This document shows, piece after piece, positions 11,841 to 27,399 of a stretch of 64,000 bases of DNA. The DNA is from the human T2T-CHM13v2.0 reference genome, Homo sapiens, in assembly GCF_009914755.1 (NCBI RefSeq), contig NC_060925.1; one strand, given 5' to 3'. Within the stretch, counting starts at the first letter, position 1. Each line of letters begins with the position of its first letter. The notes under the pieces were generated by a model. That model had not been told where the DNA came from, made no database searches, and saw only the letters and a list, made by a program, of their open reading frames with translations. Made by a program: the position numbers and the translations under genes.

Positions 11841-12300
11841 CTGCCTGGCGGTGGGCAGCGCAGCTGGGAAGGTGTGGCTGGTGCGGGCCCCAGCTGGGCA
11901 TGGTTCGGTGAGGCCCTGAGTGATAGAGTCAGCCACCTCCTCCTGGCACCTGGGAGAGGGTGGCAGAGGGCAGCCCACTTCACCCAGCGCCCCTAGAATA
12001 GCGGCTGCAACATGCTGCTCCTGCCGGCTCCGCTCCTCTCCAGGCTCTGCATCTCATGAAAAGGGAAAGAGCGAGTGAGCGGCAGGGGAGGGGGTGGGGA
12101 AGCAGAGGGAGGGGAGAGGGGCACTCTGACAGATGATGCGCACTGCCACGCAGAGTCGGGGGAGGACCGCAGGCTCCAGCAGGATGGCACTGCCTGTGTG
12201 GCTCTCCCGCTCCCAGCTCGCTCACAGACAGCTGCCTCCGAGGGGCTGGTGGCTCTCCAGAATTCAGGGAGAGGCAGAGTTCAGAGGGGATGGCAGAGGG
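11841..12300 (-). promoter_or_regulatory. Candidate promoter and first exon of a minus-strand transcript
   Basis: Repeat-free, GC- and CpG-enriched relative to its flanks. Strong donor 'CAG|GTAAGA' at 11841/11840. 'ACCATG' at 11901 opens a frame that runs to the donor (MPSWGPHQPHLPSCAAHRQA, phase 1). G-tract cluster at 12085-12121. Confidence 0.6.
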
Positions 12301-13289
12301 GAAGGTGAGGGAGGGAAGAGATCACCTGGGACACAAGGAGGCGAAACGGGGTAACTGGCTTGTGGGAGAAAGGATAACCTGCTTTTGCTCAAAACATTCC
12401 AAGGTGAAAGTGGTTGCTTTATGAGAGATGGCGAAGGGGGAAAGATAAAGCCCCATATTCCTGGCCTGGCTTCAAGGTTGTCGCTCTCCTTTCCTAACCA
12501 ACAAGGCCACTTTTGCTTAGGATTTCAGCAATGGCTAAGGCAATTTATATCACGCACAGCTCCAACTTTCTCAAAGAGGCAAAAAAAAAAAAAAATTAGA
12601 CATGAAAGAGTGTAATGCATGAAATGTTCTGTGTCATTTGTCACCCTCTGCTGCAAACAAGCCTGACTGTCCCCTCGACCACCTGCCCATCCTGTGGCCA
12701 GAGGGTGGTGGTGGCAAGAACAGGAGCAAGAGGAAGCATCATGGAGAAATGGGGAGAATGTGACGCTTCTGTCTGTAAAGGTCCATTTGGAGAGTCAGGA
12801 CAAAACCTCTTGGACAGCTTGGGCCAGAGCCCAGAGCAGCTTTGGAGTGGAGAGGTGACCCTTCACATGGATCCCACAGTCTCCTGGACCTGCCATGCAC
12901 ATGAGGCAGGTTCACTGCGCAGGGCGGAGCTTACAGTCACCAGCTCTATTTACAACCACAGCCAGAGAAAGAGACTGACAGGGAAGTAAATCAACAAACC
13001 ATGGAAGACAGAGAAGACCAAAGGAAGCTGCAGCTGGGGAACTCTCCACAAACACAGCTAACGATGGGAAGAGCAATCTCAAGCAAGGGCCTTCTCTGGA
13101 GGGAGGGAACAGGAGGCAGAGGGAGGGCAGAACACGACTCTTGCAGGTCTCCAGTGAACTGTCCTTCCCTGCTGCACTCTGGGCGTTCTCAGTCAAGCCT
13201 GACTCCTGAGGTCCTGACAAGCACTGACCCACGAGATGACCCCTCAGGGGACAGGTCACCATTTCACTGCTGCACCATTTCGACAAAAT

Positions 13290-14545
13290 CAGGCCGATTC
13301 AGCAGACAACTCTTGGGAACCTAGTATGTGCTGTGGGGGATGCAGTGACGACTAAGACCTCCTTGTCATGTATTAGGTGACCCAGTGGAGGAGAGAGAGA
13401 TTTAAATAGCTGACTCCAATGCATGGAGAAGTGAGTTAAGCACTCACAGAGCTCTGCGGAAATGCTGGGGGAGCACGGAGGAAGGGGGATTAAGTCCAAC
13501 TGGGAAGTCAGGGAAATCCCCTCAGAGGAGGCGTCCTCTGGACACAACCTGCACCCTGAAAGTTACATGTGGATGTCGACAAGCAGAGTCGACTGGGCTA
13601 GAGAAAGCAGGGCTGAGGAACAGCCTGGGCAATGGCATGGAGTCTAGAGGTACCTGGTATGTTTGGGAAACAGTGAGTGTTCTTTCTAGGGAGGCAGGAG
13701 AAAAAAGTAGAGTGTGATAGGATGCCACAGTGGTGAATGCAATGTAAAGGGTCCATTGGGACCACACGGTAAAAACTTTAAACAAAGAAGTGTTGATCGA
13801 ATTTTTTTTTTATCATCAGATCTGTGTTTTGAGAAGATACTAAGTGGAGAGGGATTGGAGGCAAGTAAAGCCCATCAAAACTTGTTACAAATTCCTAGGT
13901 GAGAGAAGATGAGAGCCAAAAAAAGACAATGGGCTTGAGAGGAAAGGACAAAGTACAGAGATTTGGGGAGACTGAATTAGCATGACGAGATCCTCTGTGA
14001 AGGATAGGGTGAGCTCAGAATGTGGGGCTTGGGGATGGGAAGGAGCTGAGAATGACTCTACAATCCATTTGAGAACTAGTTCTTAAGGCTAAGGGACCTA
14101 GGAGGAAAAGCAGACTTTGACCTGCAAATGAAAACTAATTGTGTGTTTGCCTGAGCTCTGTTGATAGGCCAGGGCAGAAGTGGAAGAGGAGTTGGAAATA
14201 CAGCATTGGATCTTAGCAGAGAGGTAGGATTTGGGAGCTCTCCACCTGAAGAAAAGAGATGAGGGGAGTAAATGGAATCACCCAAGGACAGCAAGAGAAG
14301 AGGGGCTGAGGGCAGGACTTTGAGAAGTGACTACATTTACAGGAGGAGCAGAGAAAGAGGAGCCAACCAAAGATACTGAGAAAAATCATCTGAGAGAAAG
14401 AGAGTAGGAGGACCAGAGGAATGAAGTGTCACAGGAGCCAGGAAAGATGAGCTTTTGAGAAGAGTCAAATACGGCAGAGAAGTTAATGTGGGTGAGAACT
14501 GAGATGAAAATGGCAAAAAGAATTTTCGTCATAGGTGACCACCGG
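13290..14545 (-). mobile_element. L2 LINE relic (antisense)
   Basis: Purine-rich antisense L2 motifs: 'tatgtgctgtgggggatgcagtgac', 'gatctgtgttttgagaagat', 'ggctgagggcaggactttgagaa'. Confidence 0.75.
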
Positions 14546-14557
14546 GAACGTGGCTTA

Positions 14558-14897
14558 GTGCAGTGCGTCTCAGACTTTAAGAGCATGAGAATCCTCCAGA
14601 GTACTTATTAAAATATGGATTTCTGGCCCCCACTCCCAGAGTTTCCAATTCAACAGGTCTAGGGTGGGGTCTGGGAATACGCATTTATTTCTTTTTCTGT
14701 TTTTTTCCCCCAAAGATGGGGTCTCACTATGTTGCCCAGGCTGGACTTAAACTCCTGGCCCCTCAAGGGATCCTTGGGCCTCAGCCTCTGAAGAAGGTGG
14801 GACCATAAGCCTGAGGGCTCCAGGAATTTGGATTTCTAACAACTTTCCAAAGATGCCAGTGTTGCTGGTCTGGGTACTGCACTTGACAACTATTGGC
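14558..14897 (-). mobile_element. MER5A/B-like element containing a FLAM/AluJ monomer at about 14685-14815
   Basis: MER5 motif 'caggtctagggtggggtctgggaat' is split by the antisense Alu monomer 'gatggggtctcactatgttgcccaggctgg'. Confidence 0.75.
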
Positions 14898-15956
14898 TTA
14901 GAGTATTGCTTCTCAGATTTTCAAATTATGGCACACACAGAAAATAATTTTTGTATGGAATACCAGAGTAAATGGAACCCAGGGCTCTGCCAGACTGCCC
15001 AAGGGCTGAGGGAAGAAATATCTCAGCACATGGCAGTGTACACTAGCCAAACAGGTTGGGGAGGTTTGGCTGAGAGGGATAAAAGGGGAAAAGGTCAAAT
15101 ACCAAAATGTGAGTGGATCACTAGGCTGTCAAAACAACAGAAATGGATTTTGCTTTCAAGAACAGGGACTCTCTTTCATCTTTGTACCTCCAGCACCAAG
15201 TAAGTATCTAGCATATATAGGGACTCTGCATTTGTTAGAATAAATTGAATTAAGAAGTTTGGCTGAGAAGGAAAAGGGAGATGTTGTTGCCTGCAAAAAA
15301 TACAGAACCAACTGAACCAATACAGAAAATACAGAAATAAAGAAGAAAGAAACCCAGGTTTAAGAAGGCAGAAACATTTCTTTACCTATCCCTGACCAAG
15401 GAACTCCACCATTTCCTTAGTGAAGAGGGATTGGAAGACATCTCAGACTACATAGAGTTTATGGTACATTTACACTGACTTATGATAAACTGCATAGCTT
15501 TTAAACTGCGTATGTCCTATTGTCTGGTAGAGGTAAGGCTTTAGAAACCTTCTGCCATTGTGCAAATCTCTTTATTAATTCACTTGCCAGTATTTAGTTA
15601 GAGTGTTCTTAGGATAAGAAGATCTGAATATTCAGAGGAAGAGATTAAAGAGATTAAATGTATAAGAAAGGTATACCACCTAATACCTTGTCTTGATTTT
15701 TATCTTTTATTGAAATGAATTCTCCCAATAAATTGTAAGCTCTCTGAGAGCAGAGGCTATAACTAATTCATCTTTTCTAGCCAGTGCCCTCTGCAGTGCC
15801 TGTTACTTAGTAGATAGTACACACACACACTTTCTCTCTCGCTCGCTCTCTCTCTCTCTCTCTCTCATCTTCATTTTTAAGAAAGAAGGAAAGAATGAAA
15901 GGGAGAAGAAAGATGAGGAGGAAGAAAAAGAGGGAAAAGAAGAAAAAGAGGCGAAG

Positions 15957-16542
15957 TGTTATATGTGATGGCCCCAGAAAATGACCACGCCCTAATCCTT
16001 GGAACCTGTGACTATGTTGTCTTGGCAAAGGGACTTTGCAGATAAGGTTAAGCTTAAAGACCTTGAGATGAAAATATTATCCTGGGTTATCTAGGCAGAC
16101 TCAATCAAATCATATGAGTCCTTAAAAGTGAAAGAGGAAGACAGAAGAGTGAGTCAGAGATAAAGCCAAAGAAGGAGAGATTCAAACTATGAGAGGGACT
16201 CAACCCATGTTTGCTAGCTTTGAAATGGAGAAAGAAGGCCAGGAGCCCAGGAATACAGTTGCCACTAGAAGCTGGAGACCAACCCAGCTGAAGTTCATCA
16301 AGGACACAGGACATCAGTTCTGTAATCACAAGGAATTGAATGCAGCACAACAACCCAAATGAGCGGGGAAACAGAACCTCCCCTCCAGCCTCCAGAAGGG
16401 AATGCAGACCCGGCAACACTGATTTTAGCCCAATGAGACCGCTGTGGGAATTTCAACCTACAGAGCTGTAAGATAATAAATCTATGCTGTTTAAGTCACT
16501 GTGTCCGTGGTAATTTGTTATGGTAGTAACCGAAAACTAACA
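15957..16542 (+). mobile_element. MaLR solo LTR (MLT1D-like)
   Basis: 'gccctaatccttggaacctgtgactatg...ggcaaagggactttgcagat' through 'gtaagataataaat...ggtaatttgttatgg...aaaactaaca'. Confidence 0.8.
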
Positions 16543-16709
16543 TAGAGGGGCTGTTCTTGGTTGTAGTAAGGACATGTCTTTGCATTTCAACAGGAGCAAA
16601 AAGCAAAAAACGGTATAGAGATATAGAAGACTGTTGAAAAACCAAAATCAGAAACTAGATGGCCTTTGCCTTTTAGTGAAATGTAAGATCTAAATCTCTC
16701 CCTAACAGC

Positions 16710-16751
16710 ATCTCTCTCTCTCTCTCTCGTGCACGCGCACGCACACACACA

Positions 16752-16796
<45 letters not shown>

Positions 16797-16797
16797 C
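16710..16797. repeat. Compound (TC)n-(GC/CA)n microsatellite
   Basis: (TC)n, then 'gtgcacgcgcacgc', then a long (CA)n. Confidence 0.95.
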
Positions 16798-17489
16798 ACA
16801 AGTGAATATCTGAGCTCAATCTTAAATAATTTATTAGGATCCCTTTCCTTCCCTGGTATATCTTACTTCCAGTAAAAATAGCTTTATCTCTCTGATTGAT
16901 TAGCTACTGTTGAGGAAGTCTTTCTTTGCTCTCCTATACAGTATTATCTGTCACAGGGAACACAACAAATGCCTAAGGTATAGGAGGAGAAAAGTAGAGA
17001 GGGGCCATCTCCCCTGGCAAGAGAAGAGAGCCTCTGGTGATGAGAATGCAGAGCCCACTAACAGAAGGAAAGAAAGTAAATAGACAGCAGAAACACAATC
17101 AAAATCACCCAGTCCTGGGATAGGAAGGAGTCAGAAGATTCCAGGTAGACAGAAAATAGGATGGATGAATGGATGGATATGGATATAGATATAGTTAATG
17201 GTCAAAGGAACAAAGAAAGCTGCTGAACTCCACCATATGGAACAATTTATATATAGAGCCATGAAAGTTCAACTCTCCCTAGACTTGGGCGCAAATGGGC
17301 ACAGGCCAGCATGTGAGCACATGCACATACACAATGACACTCATCACTCACAGAGTTTAAATCTTGTGATATCTCAAGGTCACTTCTAGGGAATAGAATT
17401 TAAAATATCTGTCTGGAGATCCTGTTCTTGGCCTGATCAACCTGTCTGAATAATCCTTGGACTTCATTCATTTTTCTTATTCCATTTCC

Positions 17490-17910
17490 ATAGGCAGAAT
17501 GTGGGCTCTAGGGTCAGAGAGGTACTCTGAGGACAAATCCCAGCTCAGCCACTTACCAGTTCTGTGACCTTGAGCAAGTCACTTAACCTCTCTATGCCAC
17601 AGGGTCTTTTCCTGGAAAAGAGGGATACTCATCATACTTGTCTCATAGGGTTGTAAAGAGAGTTAATAAGTTTATGTGTGAAAAGCCTTAACAACTAATG
17701 GATAGCCCCTCTGCTCCTTCATAATTCATGCCCCCCTGACATCTCATAACATCCTGTACTTCTCTGGTACAACAATAGCACACTACTTTTCGATTACCCA
17801 TTTTCTTGTCTGTGTCACCTGGCTAGACCATAAGCTCCATGAAGGCAGGGACTGAATCTGTCTTGTTTCACTCTGCTATCCTCACCTTATCCCAGGTATT
17901 CAAATATCAG
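17490..17910 (+). mobile_element. MIR followed by an L2 3' fragment
   Basis: MIR: 'caaatcccagctcagccacttacc...tgtgaccttgagcaagtcacttaacctctct'. L2: 'ctagaccataagctccatgaaggcagggac'. Confidence 0.75.
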
Positions 17911-18217
17911 TGATGGAGTTGTACCTCTCACCCTAGGTTATTAAATTCTTAGCATATAGGCATGGATGTTTAAAATATTTATCAGTATCTAGCTCTGTCC
18001 CTTTGGGCGAGTCATTTAAATTCTTTGGGTCCCCATTTTCTTTTTGTTAAATGACAGGGCTAGACTAGGTCATCTGTAAATTTGTTCCCAACTCTACAAT
18101 TCTACAATTCTGTGCTTCATTTATACTTCTGGTCTCATCTGAAATAAATTGTTAAGTAGTTTGGACAAAAAATACCTCGTGATTTGATAAAACCATTACT
18201 AGGATATTATCAACAGC

Positions 18218-18748
18218 TGTGGCAGATTGTTGAAGTGATGGCCCTTCATTTGTTCACAGCTCTCTCTATCCATGACCTCTCTATCCATTACACGGTACTC
18301 TCTCCCACCCTGACTCTAGGTTTAGCTATGTAACTTGCTTTGGCCTACAGGACAATAGCAAACAGGATGCAAGTAGACTTGAAAAGCACTTACAAATTGG
18401 GGCTTGCTTTCTCTTGCCACTCTTGGAATACTGTAGCTTCCTCATGAGGAACCCTGCACTAACTTGCTTCATGAAAGAAAACATTTGATCCAGTCCCCTG
18501 TATTGTACCAACTCACAGCCAGTCTGCTGCCAGACATGTGAGTGAGTTCATATTAGATAATCTAGCTACCAGCCAATCCACCAGCTGACTGTTGATATAA
18601 GAGTGAGCCCAGCCAAGATTAGCTAAACTAGCTCCAAACTAGAAGAATTGCCCAACTGACTCACAGAATTATGACCTAATAAATGGTTGTTGTTTTAAAC
18701 CACTAAGTTTTAGGATGTTTTGTTACACACCAAAAGCTCACTGATACA
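18218..18748 (+). mobile_element. MaLR solo LTR (MLT1G/H-like)
   Basis: TG...CA ends ('tgtggcagattg', 'actgataca') and 'ttgttgttttaaaccactaagttttagg'. Confidence 0.75.
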
Positions 18749-18893
18749 TCATGGAGTAGCCCAAATTTTAGCTCTCTTCCTTGAACACCAACTATTTTTA
18801 ATTTACCCCTCCCAACTTCATTTCTAGTATCAAAGAGCAAAACTGACAAAGGCAACGAAATGAAATCTGGGCTTTATTAGAAAGTTTACTTGT

Positions 18894-21635
<2,742 letters not shown>

Positions 21636-22011
21636 AGAAAGTTTACTTGTATTTGTTTCTTCTGAAATTTTGGTCAACCTTTCTTTACCTCAGGATGGTA
21701 AATTTTTTTGAATATGTTTATTAAATTACACCTGTCATGACATCTCCCACTTATCTAATACAGCTTTGCAAGCTAACTCTCTGCTAGCTATTTTGCCCAA
21801 ATGTCTAATCTTCCCAAAGGAAGTGCTTAGTCTTGGAGAGAAGGAGCCATCCTTGTTTGTCCTTCACAGTGTCCACTGTGGCCTTGCTTTCTGTGATTTC
21901 CAGACTTGTAAAGCTTGGCCTGGTCAACTTTTTAAAAATTCCGATGCAGCATCCACAGGATCATCAATTGTTTATTTTTCCAAGTAAGAACATTAAAAAA
22001 TGCTTATCTGT

Positions 22012-22311
<300 letters not shown>

Positions 22312-22991
22312 TTATCTACTATTGCCATCACTTTATAAAATAAAGAAAATTTTAACGTCAGAAAAGTATGAAACACATAATTGCAGAATGAAGGATAAGT
22401 CTTCACACAAAAGCACAGCTGGCGAACTTGCACCCACATATAGGTACACAGAAATTGATATGAAGAAACATATACACACTACAGTGCATTGGGTTGTTGT
22501 TTTTTTCTCTCATTTTTCTGTGTTCAGTGATGACTTTTTCTTTAACTGCTACCTATTGATAGACTGTATTTGGGAATCACTGGCCTACATCATTGCATAC
22601 GTGAAACAATAACTGAGAATACCAGAAGACCACAATCAGAAAAAGGTATTTGGCAAGAACACCTAAGAAATATCTTAGCATTCATAACTTCTGCTAAAGC
22701 GGTTAGTCTTTTTTCATATTGACTCTGGAAACCTACACTGGAAAAGACTTTGGCCCCTCCTACCACTGTAGCAGATCCAAGTAAGACAAGTTTTCGGTGC
22801 CACAAAAAATGGACACGTAATAAATAGCCACAACTCACATTTCGCAGAACACTTTGAAGAAAAACAAACCTTCCTCCATTTTAGCACACTCAGAGCTATT
22901 GGAGCTCAGGAATCCTATTGAAGGGGACTCTGCAGGCCAAATCTAAATTTTGAGCCACTGTAAAACTATCGCAATCACTTAAAAAAAAATT

Positions 22992-23108
22992 AAGAGGTAG
23001 GGTCTTCCTATGTTGCCCAGGCTGGATTCGAACCCCTGGGCTCAAGCAAATCTCCCACCTCAGCCTTCTGAGTAGCTGGGACTACAGGCACATGCTGATG
23101 CACCTGGC
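22992..23108 (-). mobile_element. FLAM/Alu monomer
   Basis: 'gggtcttcctatgttgcccaggctgg...gggctcaagc...gtagctgggactacaggc'. Confidence 0.85.
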
Positions 23109-23789
23109 TCTACAATTGCTCTTAGCCATTTAAGAAAGTATTTCCTCCAACCCAGGCTAATACCTGATATGAACAGCAAGGGATACAGAAGTGGTTGATA
23201 GACAATGCAGAAGCAAGATAAAACAGAACAGCCATTTCTTAGTGCATACCAACTGCATCATTTACTCAGTCTTTAGAGAGGAGAGATTGGAGGTCAATAC
23301 ACTACAGCTTAATGTACATGTGCATATGCTTAAGATAAATATTGGGTTATATACATTCTGTATCTGGTAGATGTGGAATTTCAAAACTTCCACAGAATCG
23401 TGCACCTACACCTGCCATTTACAAGCCTCTGCACCCATATATAGTGCTCAATATGAATTTTGATTAAAGGATGAATGAACATCTAAACCTTCTGCTGGGG
23501 AGAGGATTTATTAATTTAATTAACATATTTATTTTGTACCTTTTATAGGCCAGACATTGTACTAAGGATACATTTGCTAGGGCTACTCCCACAAAAGAAA
23601 CAATCTTGGTTTCTTCTCTAGTTCTCATTCTCCTTACCCTGCCTCTATCCCTCTGTAAGAACCCATCCAATTTAGGAATTCACCAATTACTCAACTTTTA
23701 GACATCCCAAAGCCATTCTCAACAATCGCCCTCCAAGCCTGTCTTTTGTTTCTGAACTGCTATTGCTCCAAACCTAGTCTCTGTCTAGC

Positions 23790-24138
23790 TTTTTTATTTT
23801 TTATTTTATTTCATTTTATTTTATTTTTGAGATGGAGTCTGGCTCAATAACTGCTCAGAGACTTATTGTATGTCTGGCTCTGTCACCCAGGCTGGAATGT
23901 AGTGTCATGATCTTGGCTCACTGCAACCTCTGCCTCTTGGGTTCAAGTGATTCTCATGTCCCAGCCCCCCGAGTAGCTGGGATTACAGGCACCCACCACC
24001 ACACCTGGCTAATTTTTGTATTTTTAGTAGGGATGGGATTTCACCAGGCTGTTCTCAAACTCCTGACCTCAAGTGATCTATCCTGCCCCAGCCTCTCAAA
24101 GTGCTGGGATTATAGGCGTGAGCCACCGTGCCAAGCCT
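23790..24138 (-). mobile_element. Alu carrying a non-Alu insertion at 23846-23871
   Basis: Antisense Alu. 26 nt of foreign sequence is flanked by a 9-bp duplication 'gtctggctc' (23837-23845 and 23872-23880). Confidence 0.95.
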
Positions 24139-24195
24139 CTGTTTAACTTTAAACCTTGGATCTGGTGCCCTGATTTCAATCCTGTCTTTGTGCCT

Positions 24196-24737
24196 TGTAG
24201 CTATTGCTGTGTAACCACTCAAAAGCTTTGTGGCTTCAAATAATCACCATTTGTTATTGATCATGAATCTCTGAGTCATTTAGCTGATTTGGCTTATCTG
24301 GGGCAGGCTTGGTTGATCTTTGCTGGGCTGGCTTATGAACCTGAAGGGAGTTGGTGGATCAGCTGAGACTGGTTGGTCTAGAATGCTCTCACTCATGTGC
24401 CTGACATTGGGCTGTCTGCTGGCTAGGGTGCTAGGGGTGGCTGGGCCACATGTTTCTTATCATCTGTCTGGCTAAGCAAGGTTTTCTATTTTTATGGCAG
24501 AAGTAGGAGTCCCAAGAGAAACAGCAGAAGTGCAAAGACATTTTCAAGCCCAGGTTTGGATCTACTGCAACCTCACTCTGCCACTTTTTACTGGCCAACC
24601 CAAGCCATAAAGCCAGCCCAGATTCAAGAGGCAGAGAAACTCCACATCTTGATGAGAAAAGTTGCAGTCATGTTATAAAGGCATGGATATGGGCAGAGGT
24701 AGAGAACTGGGGCCATTTTAATGCTGAATCTACCACA
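24196..24737 (-). mobile_element. MaLR LTR (MLT1G/H-like, antisense)
   Basis: 'gctattgctgtgtaac' through 'gccagcccagattcaagag' to 'aatctaccaca'. Confidence 0.7.
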
Positions 24738-25145
24738 ATCTTGGTACTTGAATTTATTTCTAGAGTTTGAAATACTTGACTCTTCTTCTTGATATCAGAC
24801 CTGGCTCATGTCTCTGACTTTTCCAACCCTGCTACCTCAAGTAAGAATCTCCACTCAATTTTCGCCCCTTAGGGGGCACCCTCTGAAGACAGCCCCTTGC
24901 TAACAAGAAGGAAATTCAGACCCCATCCATGAATCAGTTCCCTTATTCTTAAGTAATCTTTCTCTTGTCTTGAATAAAAGAACCCCTTCGGCTATTGTTA
25001 AAAATAGATATCTGAACCAGGCTGAACTCCGGCTGACAACTGTAATCAAAATTCTGATACCCGGAGAGGGCAGACCACATAAGAAGAACCCTTACAAGAT
25101 GCTACCGTAACAAGGCTGAATCCTTATTGAAAGACAGAAATAAAA

Positions 25146-25336
25146 TAGTGTATTTTCTCAATTCTAAAACACTTTTTTTTTCACATTTTCACATTTCTAA
25201 AGCTGAGATGTCTTATAATCAGTGTGTATCTATAATGTGGTAAGGTCGGTGACTATCCCTCACCCCAGCCAATCCTCCTGAAAAAATAAAGCTGAATTAA
25301 AAACATAATTCGTCTTTCAATTGATAGAATATTGTA
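25146..25336 (+). mobile_element. MER104-like (Tc2) DNA transposon relic
   Basis: 'gtattttctcaattctaaaacac...cacattttcacatttctaaagctgagatgtcttataatc' resembles the recalled MER104 consensus. Confidence 0.5.
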
Positions 25337-25782
25337 ACTGTAGTGGGCCACCACTCTTCGTTGCAAATGCCAATTGAGTGCTTACTAGAATGATTTAAAC
25401 TGAAGCAGGAGAAAAGTAAGGCCATGAGAACCGGTAGGGTTTCCAAAAGCTTTGGCGTGTTAATGTTTCCAATTCAGGGACTTAGAGGGAATACTAGCAA
25501 TACCAGGCAGGATGACACAAACAGGCGATTGCTGTCCTCCCTTGACTTTTTCTAGAATGATGATTATTGAAAGGGAACAGATGTGAGTTTCCCCTGTTTC
25601 TCCCTTCCCCTGCTACCTTCTGGCTCAGTGGCTGCTGGCCACTAGAATGGAGAGAAAGGTAAAATCAAGGAGAAGAAAGAAGCCAAAGCCACAAACCGGT
25701 TGGTGGTCTTTCTGTAAGGAGCTGGCATCATCTGGTCATTGCTTGATTTGTTTCATTCAGTTGGTTTCTTTTATTGTGTCCA

Positions 25783-25990
25783 TCATAGTAGTTAAGCAGG
25801 CAGGCTCTAGAGCCAGACTGCCTTGGTTTAAATCCCAGCTCTACTATTTTAAAGTGCTGTGACTTTAGGCAAGTAATAACCCTGCCGTGCCTCAGTTTCT
25901 GCATCTGTAAAACAGGGGTCAAAAATTAGTTGATATTTGTACACTTACAATAATATCTGCCACATAGAAACATGAAATAATTTGTTATTA
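25783..25990 (+). mobile_element. MIR
   Basis: 'ggctctagagccagactgccttggtttaaatcccagctct...gcctcagtttctgcatctgtaaaa'. Confidence 0.85.
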
Positions 25991-27399
25991 TTGCCTCCTA
26001 CTTGAAATTCCCTTGGAGAAGAAGAGTCTCCTTTCTCTGGAAAGCCAAATATAATTCTTTAAAGTCCTAGAAGCAACCTTAAGTCCCTCTCTGATGCTTA
26101 TTTTCCCCCTAAGATTAAAGCCACATAGCCCTTTCCCCAAGATGTTTGCTTTTTTGTGGGTGAAAAAAGTCAGCAATATTATCACGATGAGAGTGAATTT
26201 GCTATTGAGCATATTCCTTTTTTGGTGTCCTAAACTCCACCAGTCCTAAGAAAAGGGCAGAGTTGCCCCAGCTAGAGTCAGGTGCTTATCATCATTTTGT
26301 TTAACCTTGAAATAATTCTTACTTCGTAAGCACAGAATTCACTGCATAAATTAGACCAAGGGGAATTAGAACAATGTGTGTGTGACTGTGTGCACACATG
26401 TCTCCGTAATGAATGTGGAGTTACATATATTCAGCACGTCTGTGTAAGCGCCCAGAGACTTATTGTATGCCTGAAAAATAGAGCCCAGAGAGGCATAAAG
26501 CTATTTATTTGGAAGAAATTAGACTGTTTTTTATGATTCTGAAAAGGTTAAGGCAGAAGATAGGTGGCTGCGTAGAGGGAGTTATGACTTGCGCATTTTG
26601 ATTCATCTTTTCTTATTAAAAGCCGCCTCTCCAGCTGCTGTACTTTCATCACCCTGCATGCCTCCATCCCTGGGCCAGAGGGGTTTCCACATCACCACAG
26701 AGGCAGGCCTTCCTTCATTTTATTTATTCCATTTGGGATTAAACACATTGAAAGGGGGCCATGGCTAAATGGGTGTTTCTCGCCTGGCTCGGTACTTAGA
26801 AATCAAAGAAGGAGCTTCATGGTGTATGTGGAAGGGGATGGAGTGTAGAGAGGAGGAGGTGGTTTCTGCAGACAGGCAGCTCTTCCCATCTTCCCAGGAG
26901 CAAAGATTAGTTCCCTGGGCCCAGGCCTCAGTGGCAGGGGGCCAAGGAAAGCAGGCCCAAGGCCTTTCCTAACTCTTAGCCCCCAGGGATTGGCACATGC
27001 CACGGGGAAAGTGAAAAACATTTTACAAAACAGGCTAGACACGTGCCACATAGCTGTGTCCTTAGAAACTTCCACACAGATCCCTGTTGGAGGCTCTTCT
27101 CCCTGTGCTGTGGCTCCCCAAAGCCTGCTTCGTTGCTGCAGGGACCTTAAGAATCCGAGGGGATTCACAGAGCCCTGGGGATTGCAACGGGATTACCGGG
27201 GAGGGATACAGGCAAAATCCCCTGAGAGGCCTGCAATGTGCTGCAGGCCTGGGGCCTTCCTGGCAGGATGGATATCTCTATTCCTGGAGCCAAAAGTTCT
27301 GGGATCTGCAGAAAGGGATCCCTCGGGGACTATAATGAATGCCGTGTTCCAGCAGTGCCAGCTCGGTTCAGCTGCTTGATTAATGACATATGAGAGGTC

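Noticed and set aside
22563-22646. Possible + strand exon (gatag|...AAG|GTATTT)
   Set aside because: Weak donor and no partner exons identified.
24861-24880. CTCF-like 'cccttagggggcac' (similar partial matches near 11990, 15790 and 28035)
   Set aside because: Each has two or more mismatches in the core and cannot be supported without ChIP data.
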